From Eledone cirrhosa (Eukaryota), in contig OZ024742.1 of the NCBI GenBank assembly GCA_964016885.1, positions 263,810,001 through 263,874,000 on the forward strand: a DNA stretch of 64,000 nucleotides. Direction: 5' to 3'. The position numbers were made by a program, and so were the translations under genes. Under the pieces are notes generated by a model, which was given only the letters and a program-made list of their open reading frames with translations, was not told where the DNA came from and made no database searches. Position 1 is the stretch's first letter. Each line of letters opens with the position of its first letter. Below are positions 51,465-64,000 of this stretch, piece by piece.

Positions 51465-52285
51465 GATGGGCTCTGTCAGTTTCAAAGTGTCCAATACATG
51501 CACCATTACGACTCCATCATAAGTTACAAGCTATGCCAACTTATCCAGAAATAAGTAGGCATAACTAACTATGTAAGTCAATATATAACAATTGGTAGCT
51601 GGTCGAACACAAGACCATTGTGGTATTTAATTACTACTTAACGTTCTGAGTTGAAATCCTGCCGAGTTCAACTTTACCTTTTATACTTTCCAGGTTGATA
51701 GAAGAAAGTACCAGTCAAATACTAGGGTTAATATAATCAACATACCGCTCCGTTTTTCTTAAATTGCTAGCCTCGTATCTAAATTAGAAACCACTATTTT
51801 CGCAGTTACATTTTATACGCCATAAGTAGATATGGCATACAACTCAATCGATGGATCTCCATCGATTTAGACGATGAAGGATCTGTCGTATGGTCGGGTC
51901 GTCGGCGACTAAACCGGCAACTCCACCAAGCTTGCTTGGTGAGGAGGGTGATTTTGGACACCCTGTGGGACGAAAAACGACGGAACAGTTGATAATGTAT
52001 CATGTTCTTTCGATAATATCTGCAAACAACCAAGTAACGAAGTGAATTTCTAGATAGAATTTGCATACGTAAAGCAGACAACGTCTTGAGAGTAGGAGAG
52101 TAGCTCCTTTTATACTTTCCAGGCTGATAGAATAAAGTACCAGTCAAATACTAGGGTTAATATAATCAACATACCCCCTCCGTTTTTCTTAAATTGCTGG
52201 CCTCGTATCTAAATTAGAAACCACTATTTTCGCAGTTACTTTTTAGACGTCATGAGTAGATATGGCATACAACTCTATCGATGGA
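51465..52285 (+). repeat. Second copy of the 8734-9376 block, plus a tandem re-duplication of ~175 bp
   Basis: 52108-52282 repeats ~51680-51870. Confidence 0.85.
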
Positions 52286-52929
52286 TCTCCATCGGTTTCG
52301 TCAATGGATGTTCCAGTTTTCCGATCAAAGGAACAGCTTGCTCATAAAATTAACCTGTAAGAGACTGAGCTTTCCACAGATATGTAAATCCTTAATGTAA
52401 CCTAGAGAAACAAAATAAAAAAAAAAGATAATCGTTTCAGATTTAAGCTATTTTGCAAGAATAAATTAATCAGCAATTCATTTTTTACTGCGACAAAAAT
52501 ATTTTCAACGGGCCATGATAATATTAAAATCGTTAAACGTTGACACATCCAGCTGAATTGAAAATTTACTCTAATGAAGTTTTGAAGTTATCGTCTTTTA
52601 CACATCTACCTTTTCATAGATACGGCATTTTATTGTAATGTTTCTCACAAAAATAACCTTCTCACAAAAATAACCTTCATAACAGTTTCTATGACTTACT
52701 TTATAGTTGGTATAATAATACCTTTTTCAATTGAATGTGGCATTTCTTTTTATTATGTTAAAAGAATTTAAATGTGATGGTGACTTAAAAAACGTGAAAC
52801 ATGTCAGTGTTAATTGTATGTTTTATTTTTCCGAATGAATCATTTCAAGGCGGTCTTTCATTTTCGATGACTCAATGCATCATGGATCCTCAAGCGTCAC
52901 CACACGAGCTCATTGTTACCAAACTTTCT

Positions 52930-53560
52930 TGCCCGGGTCTACCTCTTGGTCTACCTGTGGGTCTCCTGCCGGTTGGTTTTGTTCGTAAAATCTGTCCAGT
53001 GATTCTTGCCTGAGACATTCTAACCACATGCCCGTAGTATCAGAGTTGTGATCTCTCTACCTGGAGTGACTTTCTGATCTCCGAGTTACGCACTCTATCT
53101 AGTAACGTTACTGCTAAGGCTCTTCTGGGGAACCCTATTTCGGCCGCTGGTATTCGCGATCATATACTTTCGATCATTACCCAAGATTCATGACCATAGG
53201 TAAGGGTTGGCAGGAATACCGAATTGAAGATAGCAAGTTTGGCTTTTACACCTACCTCCCTTCTTCTGATTACCTGTGATTATTGCACTTAATTCAGCCT
53301 CTTGCTTTCCATCACTCGTGAACACGTCTTCGAGGTACTTGAACTTCTCCACCTGCTTCAGTGGATTAAACTCACGTGTAGAGTGCACTTGAGAGGACGA
53401 ATGTCTCAGTTTTTGCAGCTCTAATTTTCATTCCAGCCATGCAGCACTCGGCATCAAACCTATCAAGTGCAAGTCGGGGATCACCTTCTGTCGAATTAAG
53501 TAACACCAACTCGTTTGCAAATTCCAGCCAACGATTTTACATCCACCAGTCGTGACACCA
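52930..53560 (-). mobile_element. RTE (Rex3/Expander-like) 3' fragment
   Basis: LKQVEKFKYL..FTSDG, LPTLTYGHESWV, DRVRNSEIR, YGHVVRM, RRP.GRPR. Confidence 0.75.
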
Positions 53561-53599
53561 CCTCCAACCCGGCTACGCATGCCAATCCTGTTCATGCAA

Positions 53600-53780
53600 A
53601 TAATTGTTTCTACTTTAGGCACAAGGCCAGCAATTACCCAGTGCATTACTGGTACTTTATTTTATCGACCCCGTAAGGATGAAAGGCAAAGTCAACCTCA
53701 GCGGGGTTTGAACTCAGATCGTAAAGGGACATAACTATACTGGAAAGCATGGCGTCCGACCCTCTACTGATACTGCCAAT
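53600..53780 (-). mobile_element. OR-like SINE, full length
   Basis: Reverse-complement match to 21739-21919. Confidence 0.85.
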
Positions 53781-53978
53781 CCACTAATGAACAGAAGAAG
53801 TGACACTATGTACTCTTGGCGGAGGCCAACTTCCACATTGAATGGTTTCGATTTAGCGACATTTATCCGAACACAAATATTCGAGCATCCATATAGAGGC
53901 ATCAGCGCAACAAAGAGCTGACCATCGATGTTTGTATGAAGCTGATCATGTATGTACGTATGTATGAATGTATGTATA

Positions 53979-54642
53979 TTCTTCTGGTTTTATAATTTCA
54001 CAAAGTTTTACCAATAGAGAGAGAGTCGGTTTCTAACATAGACACAAGACTCTCTCATTGGAATTTACACAACATCAACTAGGTAGATTATGTATGCAAT
54101 TCTGCATGTGTAGATATGGGTGTTATTGTATGTGTGGATGTTTATGTTTTGAGTTGTATGTGTGCATGTGTATATGCTTTGCATCTGTACATGTGTATAT
54201 GCAGTTATTAGATACACAATTTTTGGAATGTTTTACATATTTTTACTGTTCTATTAATGGATTGTACTTGTAATTTCCTAACTAGTTGTGGTCTTTCTGT
54301 TCCTGTGAAGCCCAGCGTCTCAAGATTTGTATTGAGGCAGTTACTAACATACCCCAGTGCCCCGATAATCACAGGCATAAATCTGAAGGTGTAATCAGGG
54401 TGGAGTATCTGCAGATTTCTCATCAGTTCTGCATAAATATTCTCCTTTTCGCTAATCTTTGATATTATATAGGCATCTGCTGGACAGCTAATTTCCACTA
54501 CTGTGTATGCTTTCTTCTCCCTGTCCCATATAATATCTGGTCTGTTATGCCTGCATTTTATTGGGGTTTTTACTGGAACATTCCACCAGTACTCTTTCAT
54601 ATTATGTACATGGATGTCTTCCACATTGTTGTAGCTTTTAAA
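53979..54642 (-). mobile_element. R4/Dong-clade 3' fragment in tandem with the full-length copy
   Basis: RLE C-terminus + 3' UTR nearly identical to 54730-55380; separated from it by (TATG)n 54643-54729. Confidence 0.88.
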
Positions 54643-54729
54643 ATGTATGTATGTATGTATGTATGTATGTATGTATGTATGTATGTATGTATGTATGTAT
54701 GTATATATGTATGTATGTATGTATGTATG

Positions 54730-57700
54730 TTCTTCTGGTTTTATAATTTCACAAAGTTTTACCAATAGAGAGAGAGTCGGTTTCTAACATAGACACAAAA
54801 CTCTCCCATTGGAATTTACACAACATCAACTAGGTAGATATGTATGTATGCATGCATGTGTAGATATGGATGTTATTGTATGCGTGGATGTGTTTGTTTT
54901 GAGTTGTATGTGTGCATGTGTATATGCTTTGTATCTGTACATGTGTATATGCAGTTATTAGATGCAACATTTTTGGAATGTTTTACATATTTTTACTGTT
55001 CCATTAATGGATTGTACTTGTAATTTCCTAACTAGTTGTGTTCTTTCTGTTCCTGTGAAGCCTAGCGTCTCAAGATTTGTATTGAGGTAGTTACTAACAT
55101 ACCCAAGTGCCCCAATAATCACAGGCATAAATCTGAAGGTGTAACCAGGGTGGAGTATCTGCAGATTTCTCATCAGTTCTGTATAAATATTCTCCTTTTC
55201 ACTAATATTTGATATTATATTGGCATCTGCTGGGCAGCTAACTTCCACTACTGTGCATATTTTTTTCTTCCTGTCCCATATCATAATATCTGGTCTGTTA
55301 TGCCTGCATTTTATTGGGATTTTTACTGGAACATTCCACCATATTATGTACATGGATGTCTTCCACATTGTTGTAGCTTTTAATGTGTTTATTATCGGGG
55401 CTATCTTTTTTTACGAACCGCATTGTACAGTGTTTTGGCCACTACATCATGCCTCATAGGTAGATAGTACCGCGATGAGATCTTTGGACAGCTGCTAATG
55501 ACATGGGTGATATCCTCGATGTTAGTTCTGCAGAGTCTGCACTTGTTATCATATCTTGGTGTTTTGCCTGCATCTCTATCTCTTTTGTGAATCAGGTATT
55601 TCGTGCTAATCTCCTGTTCTTGGATTGTAAAAGCGTATCCTTCAAAGTGGGAGCCAATATAGCGGTTGTTGGTCCAACATAGACTACTTTCCTTATCTAT
55701 TTTGCTCTCACTCTGGAGCTTCCTGGCAACATATCCATGCATGATTTTTTGCTGATAGGCATGCAGTTTTTCATCCATGGATTCACTGCGATACTGCTTA
55801 GCGACATCCCTGGGTGTGAGTTTTTGATTATCACACAGGGAATATCTCTCAAGGAATTCCTTCCCAACTCTCATGATCTTATCTGTTTCATGCAGATAGA
55901 CTTGCTCGAGAAGCGGGCTCCTACGCTTAGAGGTTCGTAGATGTTGTCGAAGGGATATGATGCGACATTCAAATGTTGTCGGGACTGATGTTAGACCTCT
56001 GCCTCCCTGCTTACGTTTCAAGTAAAGGCGCTCTATGTCAATGTTGATGTGGAAGTTTACGGTCTTGTTTAGTATTTTTTGAGTTCCAACATCAACTGCT
56101 CGGATTTCGTCTATCGTCCAATTGAGTATTCCAAACGTTGGTGTTAGGACAGGCACAGCAAACACATTGTGAGCCAGTGTTTTGTTTTGCGCAGAGAATT
56201 CCGATGACCAGAACTTTCTTAATCGGGTGTAGTATTCCCTGGTTACGCGTTCTTTATTACATATACCATTATAGGATATGTTCTCATCTATCCTCGGGTA
56301 TCTGTAGCAGTCCTCATCAGATATCGGTGAAACAGTTAGACCATTGATGACAATGTTGCTAGATTGGGTTGTTGTTTTTCCCCGCTTTACAGTCATGTAT
56401 GAGCACTTATCTTGGCCAAACTCCATTCCTATATCCTTTGAGAACGTTGTAACCAGGTCAAGATTTTTCTTCATCCCATCCATGTTCTTGGCATAGAGTT
56501 TCAGATCGTCCACAAAGAAGTTATGGGTTAGGTTCGTATTTCTGTCCTCCTGTGAGCCAATGATGTATCACTCACATTTCTTGAGCAGAAAGGACAAGGG
56601 GTTTAATGACAAGATGAACAATAACACAGAGAGACTCTCCCCCTGAAATATACCCCTGAAATATTTTATTTTATCAGTGAAAATAGTGTCCTCCCTCTCT
56701 GTTATTAACCTTAGGATAGTAGCCCAAGAAGAAGACATCCTCTCTATGGCTCTGACAATAATGTCTGGGACTTTAGCAAGTTGGAGGGCCTCTATCATCC
56801 AAGAGTGGGGAACAGAATCGAAAGCTTTCTTGTAGTCCAGCCAGACTGTAGTCATATTCCTCCTAAGTTGTCGCACCTCCGACATCGCAGTTTTGTTGAT
56901 TAGGAGTTGTTAAGCACATCCCAAACCCTTTTCTTTCCAGCTGCTTGTTCATCTGTGATGATGTTATTATTTTCACAGTGATCTTGGAGGAATAGGTTGA
57001 GGCAGGCTGTATACATCTTATACATCAGGTTCTGGCATGCAATGGGTCGGTAGTTTTTTGCCAAGTGGGTGTCTTTGTTCTTGGGGACCAGTAACGTTTG
57101 TGCTATTGTCAACCATTCTGGTATAAGTGTATCTCCCTTAAGAACTTGTTGGTAGAGGTCAGTAAGATACCTCCGATAGAATATTAGTTTTTTGTACCAG
57201 TAGCCGACAATCATGTCTCCTCCTGGTGTTTTCTTATCTTGGAGTTTTCCTATCACAGTCTCAAGGGTACCCTCACTTATTTCGTATGTTTTTGTTGCAG
57301 TGTAGGAGCAATAGATCTTTCGGATTTCTCTTAGCCACACTGCATCTTGGTTGAAATTCTTCTTTTCACCTCATATTTTTCTCCAAAAGGAATCTATGTC
57401 TTTCTGGGATGGGGCCTCAGTGACACTTATTATTTTTCCCTTCATATCTCTATAGACTGATGTTTGGTTTCGTCTGAATCTTTTATTAAGCATTTTTCTC
57501 TCATCTACCTTCTTCAGGTGTCGGCGTTTTTCGCTAACAGCTCTCAATTCTTGTTTGAGGGTGATCAGCTTATATTGGAGAGTTCTGGTTCTACTGTTAC
57601 CAAACATCGTCTCTATTTTATTTTTCACTCTTTGTTGGTGACGAGTGAGGTTTTGTTGTGTTTGTTTGCATGTAAGGAGCATTGTCACATGTCCTATGTT

Positions 57701-58843
57701 TTTTCGTAGGTCAGCACTCTTTTTTTCTATTTTAGTTATATATGATGGTATTTTTGGTGGTGTTTTGTACTTGTTAATATCTCTGCTATCACCAAGATAA
57801 TGCTTCACTGTCATTGCTAAGGCATATAAACAGGCGTTGATTTGCCAAAATGTTGGGGTTTTTATCCGTCGTAAATATTCATCCCCTATTTCGTCAATAA
57901 CACGTAGTATTTCATTATTTGGTTTTTTATTCACCATTGTCATTTTAACACGTTCAGCCAGAGAGATATTTATACATGAGTTAATTTCTCTCTGGAAGAT
58001 TTCGTTGAGGGAAATTTTCAATTGTTTATACTTTTGATTATCATTATCGATAGTATTTTCCACAACAGTCGAGGTAGACTCGGATGGTATAAGTGGTGTC
58101 ACATTTATTCGATTATTATTATTATTTCTTCGATTATTATTATTAACGATAGTGTTTTCCCCAGCATTCGAGGTAGACTTAGATGGTACAGGTGGTGTCA
58201 AGTTTCTTACGGGCATAGTTGTTTCAAGGCGCTGTTCAACCTGGCTGCTAGGAAGTCTAGTAGCATGGCGATCTGTAGCACGTGTTGTTGATTCCATATT
58301 TGTTGTGGGGGACTTACAATTAATATTTATCTTATTTTTACGTTCAACAAACGTCGCTTGTTGGCGTAATTGTTTCGCTGTGAAATAATTTAGCTCTGGG
58401 TGCATTTCGTCCCAGTGTAGCTTCATTCTATTCATATAGCCAATGGAGGGATTGTTTTTTGCCATTTTATAACAATTAAATAAATCATTATTAAGTTCGC
58501 AACTCCAAGAGAAATGCGATTTATAATTTCGGTTTCTTCTGTAGCTACAACTAAATAAAGTTTGATTACCTTCTTTGTTATTTGTCTTCGATACTTCCTT
58601 AATTTTTTTGTTGATGTTGTGTTCAGCCATGCTGTTTGTAGCAAATCCTTGTAAAATGAATTATGTATTTAGTCGGATATCTCTACGAATTCGAATAAAA
58701 GGTGTCTTCAGAAGGGATAGTTAGAAGAATAACCAGTTATTCAACCTGACTGTAGTTGTGGCATTACTGTCGGAGATAGTATTCATCTTAAATTTAATAA
58801 ATAGTCTCCCACGCCAAAATATGCGACTGATCGCTTTGACTGA
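54730..58843 (-). mobile_element. Near full-length R4/Dong-clade retrotransposon (single ORF from ATG 58630, broken by a few stops/frameshifts)
   Basis: ORF pieces 57371-58630, 56900-57340, 56568-56885, 55401-56513 and 54958-55368 give N-terminus, RT, CCHC and PD-D RLE in order; (TATG)n at both ends. Confidence 0.92.
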
Positions 58844-59071
58844 TGTATGTATGTATGTATATGTATTTATGTATATATGTATGTTTGCATTTCTTCTAGC
58901 TGTCAGAACTATAATGTATTCGTTTCTCTAGGACTTCTATTTTCTTTGAAAACAAAGTTTCTGCATTGGCCCCGAAAGTACTACTGTGCTCCCTCCCCGA
59001 GGGGCCCACTTGCCATCAGGCAAGATGACGACCTGGCCAGTCCACTACTGCATACATACGTACATACATAC

Positions 59072-59415
59072 ATGATGGCTGCAACTCGATTTCGAGTAAT
59101 GATATTACATGAGCAGTACGCATGTGGCTTTTTAGTCCACATATAAAGCGTTACCTGTGTTTGAATCTTTTTTAAGTGAGGAAAGGCTTTGCACGGAATC
59201 AACCCGACTCTCTGAAAAGAACTGGTCTACATCATTGGATGCAAGTCGCACTTTTTATATCAGAGTGACCTTCTCCTAGAGAGATGTCTTAATGAAGATT
59301 AGAAGTCTCTCACTCCACTACCCCCTCAAAAACAAAATACTTTATTGGATAGCCATTGACTCTCCTGTGCTCCCTCACCCTTTTAACGGGTTTTGTTTTT
59401 CATCCTGCAGGGTTT
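59072..59415 (-). mobile_element. Non-autonomous RTE-derived element, subfamily B
   Basis: Tail and core shared with 7986-8385. Confidence 0.65.
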
Positions 59416-59421
59416 AAAAAA

Positions 59422-59635
59422 TCATAAACTTGTTGTTTCACCAGGTCTTTGTTTAGTGGTGTTGCGGCTGTTTGTTCTTTCATGTGACTTCAGTTGATTA
59501 ACGTAACCAGCCTTTGAGACGTATACGCGTTGACAGAATGTGCTTGTCCAACTACTGATATCTGCATCAAGACTGAGTTGACGCTTCAGTTGTTTATATT
59601 CTAGGCCACGTTCTCCAAACATTTTGCAAGGTCCC
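59422..59635 (-). pseudogene. RTE C-terminal C2H2 fragment
   Basis: LKRQL...WTSTFCQRVYVSKAGYVNQLKSHE...RPGETT, similar to 6894-7190. Confidence 0.6.
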
Positions 59636-59700
59636 TCTTTGCGCGTGTATGTATGTATGTATGTATGTATGTATGTATGTATGTATGTATGTATGTATGT

Positions 59701-60173
59701 CTAAAAACAAAACCTGTCAAAGGGAAAAGGAGCTCTTAAGAGTCAATTGCCATCCAAAATCACCGGGAGAAATGACCCCTTAGCTTTTGTCAAGGTAGAA
59801 TTCTAGGAGAAGGAAAACTCTGATATAACACCTGCAACCCTGATGGTATCCAATGATGTTGACTTGTTCTTCTTTTTGGTAAATATCATCTTGGTTAAGA
59901 GAGTGGGACTGGCTTTGTGCAGTACCTTTGCTCACTATAACAGCTTCAAGGCACAGGCATTGCTTTATATCTGAAGATCTCTCTGCACTTGTCGTCACAT
60001 GGTACCATGGGCCCAGCACTATGTGTCAGTAATTGTCACAAGTGTAGCGTTTGTACCAGAGTTTTCATCGCTGGCTGGACTAAAAAGTCACACTCGTTCA
60101 GCGCATGGGTAGGGGTTCTCCTATATGGATATAAAGTAGTGGCCGTACTCGAAAACGAGTTGGCAGCCACCAT
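59701..60173 (+). mobile_element. Non-autonomous RTE-derived element, subfamily C
   Basis: Matches 1-240 and 11143-11441; tail GGCCGTACTCGAAAACGAGTTGGCAGCCACCAT followed by (GTAT)n. Confidence 0.72.
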
Positions 60174-60248
60174 GTATGTAAGTACGTATGTATGTATATG
60201 TATGTATGTATGCATGTATATATGCTTGTATGTATGTATGTATTTTAT

Positions 60249-60846
60249 GTCGGGTCACTCTTGAGTGCTACTGGTAACATGTAACCCAGTACAACCTGTC
60301 GCATGGTCGGGTCGTCGGCGACTAAACCGGAAACCCCACCAAGTTTACTTGGTGAGGGAGGTGATGTTGGACACCCTCCTGGACAAAAATCAAAACCTGA
60401 CAAAGAGTCAACGGCTATCCAAAAATGTGTAGATATGTATATCCACATGTACATATGTATGTTTATATATATATATATATATATATGTGTATATGCATGT
60501 GTGCATGTGTGTCTATATGCGCGGGGACAGAGAAATGGTCGGGCTGGATGCCCGGCCGCGCGGTTAAATCACTGGGAGTGAAGGAACCCTAGCCTTTGTC
60601 AGGGCATTCTTCTAGGGGAAGGCAACTCAGGAAACTGGGATAACTCCGACATAAAACTTGCAGCTCACTACTTACCGATGATGTTGATCTTTTCTTCAAG
60701 GAGTGGGATTGGCTCAGTGCACAGTCTTTCCTCACTTAAAAAAAAAATCTTCACGCACAGGCATTGAACGATAGAATTAGTTAATAATTATTAATAATGG
60801 TATATCGTGCAATGGCCATACTCGATAACGAGGGGGCAGCCATTAT
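60249..60846 (+). mobile_element. Non-autonomous bipartite RTE-derived element, subfamily A
   Basis: Colinear with 10525-11108; (TATG)n flanks. Confidence 0.8.
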
Positions 60847-60864
60847 GTATGTATGTATGTTCGG

Positions 60865-61260
60865 GTTCGTGTGTGACCATGAGAAAGAGAGAGGTCTGTG
60901 GTGAAAGCTTAGGATATATATATATATATATATATATAAAGACCCCCTTCGTTCAGGTCTGACCATAGGATTTTCACCTAGAAAATTCCCCACCGAGACG
61001 AGACACAAGGCCGGGCAAGGTATTTTTGTGGAAGACCAGTTTCCTCCCCTCTCTACGCTACCGATGTTGTCCAAAGTAAAAGACAAAGGCTGACGTAGCT
61101 TGGCGCCAGTGACGCAAAATTCATTTCTACAGCTGAGTGAACTGAAGCGACATGAAATAAAGTGTCTTGCTCAAACAAGACACCGGCCGGTTCTGGAATA
61201 GAACTCATAACCTCATGATTGTGAACCCAACGCTATAGTTACGAAGTCATGCGCTTTCCC
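60865..61260 (-). mobile_element. OK-like CORE SINE with longer 3' body
   Basis: CAGCTGAGTGAACTG...AAGTGTCTTGCTCAA...GAACTCATAACC head shared with 7235-7436. Confidence 0.6.
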
Positions 61261-61304
61261 ACACAGACACATACCCCCCCCCCCCACGGATTTACGCACA
61301 ATGT

Positions 61305-61825
61305 TTAATGGTTTCTGATTTAGGCGTAAAACCAACAATTTTTGGGGAGGGGAAAGTCGTTTAAATCGATCCCAGTGCGTTAGTGATATTATATCTTATC
61401 GACCACGTAAAGATGAAAGGCAAAGCTAACAGCGGCAGGATTTGAACTTAGAACTTAAAGGACCGTAACTCTATGTCATAATAAAGCTTTGTTATCCGAC
61501 GCTCTATCGATGACACTGCCAATAAATATACAACATAAATAAATAATAATTGTTTCTACTTTTGGCACAAAGCCAGCAATAAGCCAGTATATTACTGGTA
61601 CTTTATTTTATCGACCCCCGTAAGGATGAAAGGCAAAGTTAACCTCGGCGGGATTTGAACTCAGATCGCAAAGGGAAATAAATAATAATTGTTTCTACTT
61701 TTGGCACAAGGCCAGCAATTATACAGTGTATTACTGGTACTTTATTTTTTATCGACACCGTAAGGATGAAAGGCAAAGTTAACCTCGGCGGGATTTGAAC
61801 TCAGAATGGCAAGGGCCATAACTAA
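61305..61825 (-). mobile_element. Three tandem OR-like SINE copies
   Basis: GATGAAAGGCAAAG..AAC..CGGC.GGATTTGAACT repeated at ~61410, ~61625 and ~61765. Confidence 0.8.
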
Positions 61826-63339
61826 ATAATAATAATGGTGGTTTATAAATAAATAAATAATAATAATGGTGGTTTTGTTTTTATTATGTTTTTCTATGGC
61901 CATTGAATAAAACGATCACTGGTGTCGCTAATGTAATCTACGGACGTTGGCTAACTCAATACTGGACACCTACTACATATATACATATCTATTATCTCCC
62001 ATCTCTCTCTCACACTCTCTTTATCGTTCTCTATCTCACTCACACATGCGCATTCGCTCTCTGAGACGCAGACATATCTACACTATGTCTCACATACAAA
62101 CACATACATATGCGCGCGCACACACACACACACATATATATGCTCGCACACACATGCGCTCCCTGCCTCTGTCTCTCTGATACACACACTCTCTCTCTCT
62201 ATTACATATATCTTTCTTACTTCAGCCAACATCCAGTTTTACTCGTTTTACACTAACGAAGGCATATAACACACGTAACCATATCATACATTATATCTCT
62301 TCTTCACCCCCTCTCTCTCTCTCCCTTACTTCTCTTTCTCTCATTCCACAGTTTATTTCTCTATTTCACTAACAATCCACACCTGCTCTATTATATATAC
62401 ATATATATATTTACACACTTTTTGTATACTAGACTACTTCTTGTGTATGTACAATACATACACAAGCATAATACACACATAACACATACATGCTCATATA
62501 CAGACATCATGCATGCATAACACTAAAATAGCTCATACAAACACGCACACACGCACACTTAGACACACACACACACAAAGCACGCACATACACACATACG
62601 CACACACACACACACACACACACACAAAGCACGCACATACACACATATACACGCACATCCAATATAATATACATGAAAAAGCCTGTACGTGAACGCGCAG
62701 TCTGCTGGAAATAACAACCAAATTTCTCTCAAATCACACCCTGCCGCCTTATATAAGGAATCGACACTTTCGATAGTACTTAAATGTCGCTAAAACAAGA
62801 CTGGTTGTTCATGGCTGGAATGTCTTTTATACAGTTCTGTTCGTTTGGGTCTAACCCAGAATTTAGCAGTAACAACAACAAATAATCTATACGATTTATT
62901 CACCCTTATTTCTACCCCTATGTTATATTCTTATATGTTATAATCTGCAAATATAACAGCTAAATCACAATCAAATCATTTCTTAAAAAGAATGAAAGAA
63001 TGAAATACACATTTGATAATGGATGTATTTTCCATAATATTCCTTCCTGGGTCTTTTCATTCAGAGCAAACCTAAGGCTGAACAACAACTAGTCTGTATT
63101 TCTGTATCATATAATCTCTCTCTTCCTTCTCCTCATCTCCCACACTCTCTCCACTTCCATCTCTCCCTTTCTCTCTCCACCTCCACCTCACTATCTCTCC
63201 CCCACTCCCTCTCCACTCCTCTCTCCAATTTAATCTTTCTTCCACTCCACCCTCTCTCCTCCATTGTTTCTGTTGTTATCTCCATTGTGGTTTTAGTGAA
63301 TTTGGCTAAAGTATTTAAAAAAATGTTGTTTGCTCTCAG

Positions 63340-63465
63340 TATGAGTACTGCTTGTACTCATTTTCAGCTTAGTGGACTGGACCAACATGAAACGAAGTGT
63401 TTAAACAAGAAAATAACGTACCATCCGGTCCAAGAATTGAACCAACGACCTTACGATCGTGACTA
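63340..63465 (-). mobile_element. OK-like SINE fragment
   Basis: CAGCTTAGTGGACTGG...ACGACCTTACGATCGTGA. Confidence 0.6.
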
Positions 63466-63769
63466 GCAGGACGCACAAGGGCCAATATATCTAATGTTGT
63501 AATGGTCACTTTGGCTAAAATGGAATGGTCAATTGCAATGATATTGTTGTATTAGAGATAATGTTTTGCCGAAGTGGCACTGGTCAATGTATTCAAAGAG
63601 GTTTGAATTTAGCTGATTTGCTGGTTGATTAGCTGGTTTGAATTTAGTTGGATTTATAACTGTCTATTACGATGACTTACGCAAAGAAATCGATGAATAG
63701 CCGGAGTGTGATCACTCTATGTTCACCATACAAATGATCAGTTTAAACATATTCCTCATACGTACGCGA

Positions 63770-63947
63770 TGGGGGATTGACAGTATCGACAGAGCGTCAG
63801 ACGCCATGCTTTGAAGCATAGCGTTATGGCCCTTTACGTTCTGAGTTCAAATCCCGCCGAGGTTAACTTTGCCTTTCATCCTTACGGGGTCGATAAAATA
63901 AAGTACCACTAAGGCACTGGCCTTGTGCCAAATGTAGAAACAATTAT
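63770..63947 (+). mobile_element. OR-like SINE, full length
   Basis: Colinear with 21739-21919. Confidence 0.85.
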
Positions 63948-64000
63948 TATACGCACGAGCAAACACGCACATACACACATACAATCACAACTCTGATATA

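Noticed and set aside
58630-58843. Possible HDV-like ribozyme in the R4 5' UTR (also looked at RTE 5' UTRs 1600-1915 and 13610-14330)
   Set aside because: Expected from family knowledge, but I could not identify the nested double pseudoknot by eye; needs a structure-descriptor search

Overview
AT-rich, microsatellite-dense eukaryotic (metazoan) DNA. The tRNA-headed SINEs resemble the octopus OK/OR SINEs, so an octopod cephalopod is my inference, not a verified assignment. I could not support any host protein-coding exon; most ORFs in the track are translations of (TA)n/(CA)n/(TACA)n repeats. The window is a nest of transposable elements, most sitting in microsatellites: RTE-clade LINE relics, R4/Dong-type and CRE-type restriction-like-endonuclease retrotransposons, one Tx1/L1 ORF2 with an intact frame, Penelope-like elements (PLEs), a decayed Rep/PIF1 Helitron plus non-autonomous Helitrons, a foldback MITE, SINEs and a family of bipartite RTE-derived non-autonomous elements. 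The most striking unexplained structure is a cluster of about 10 type I hammerhead-ribozyme motifs (some degenerate) from at least five unrelated PLE terminal-repeat families within ~35-40 kb, many in inverted or foldback arrangements, including U3-A8 core variants with very long stem II. Two RTE-type insertions also show twin-priming-style 5' inversions. All folds and alignments were done by eye.
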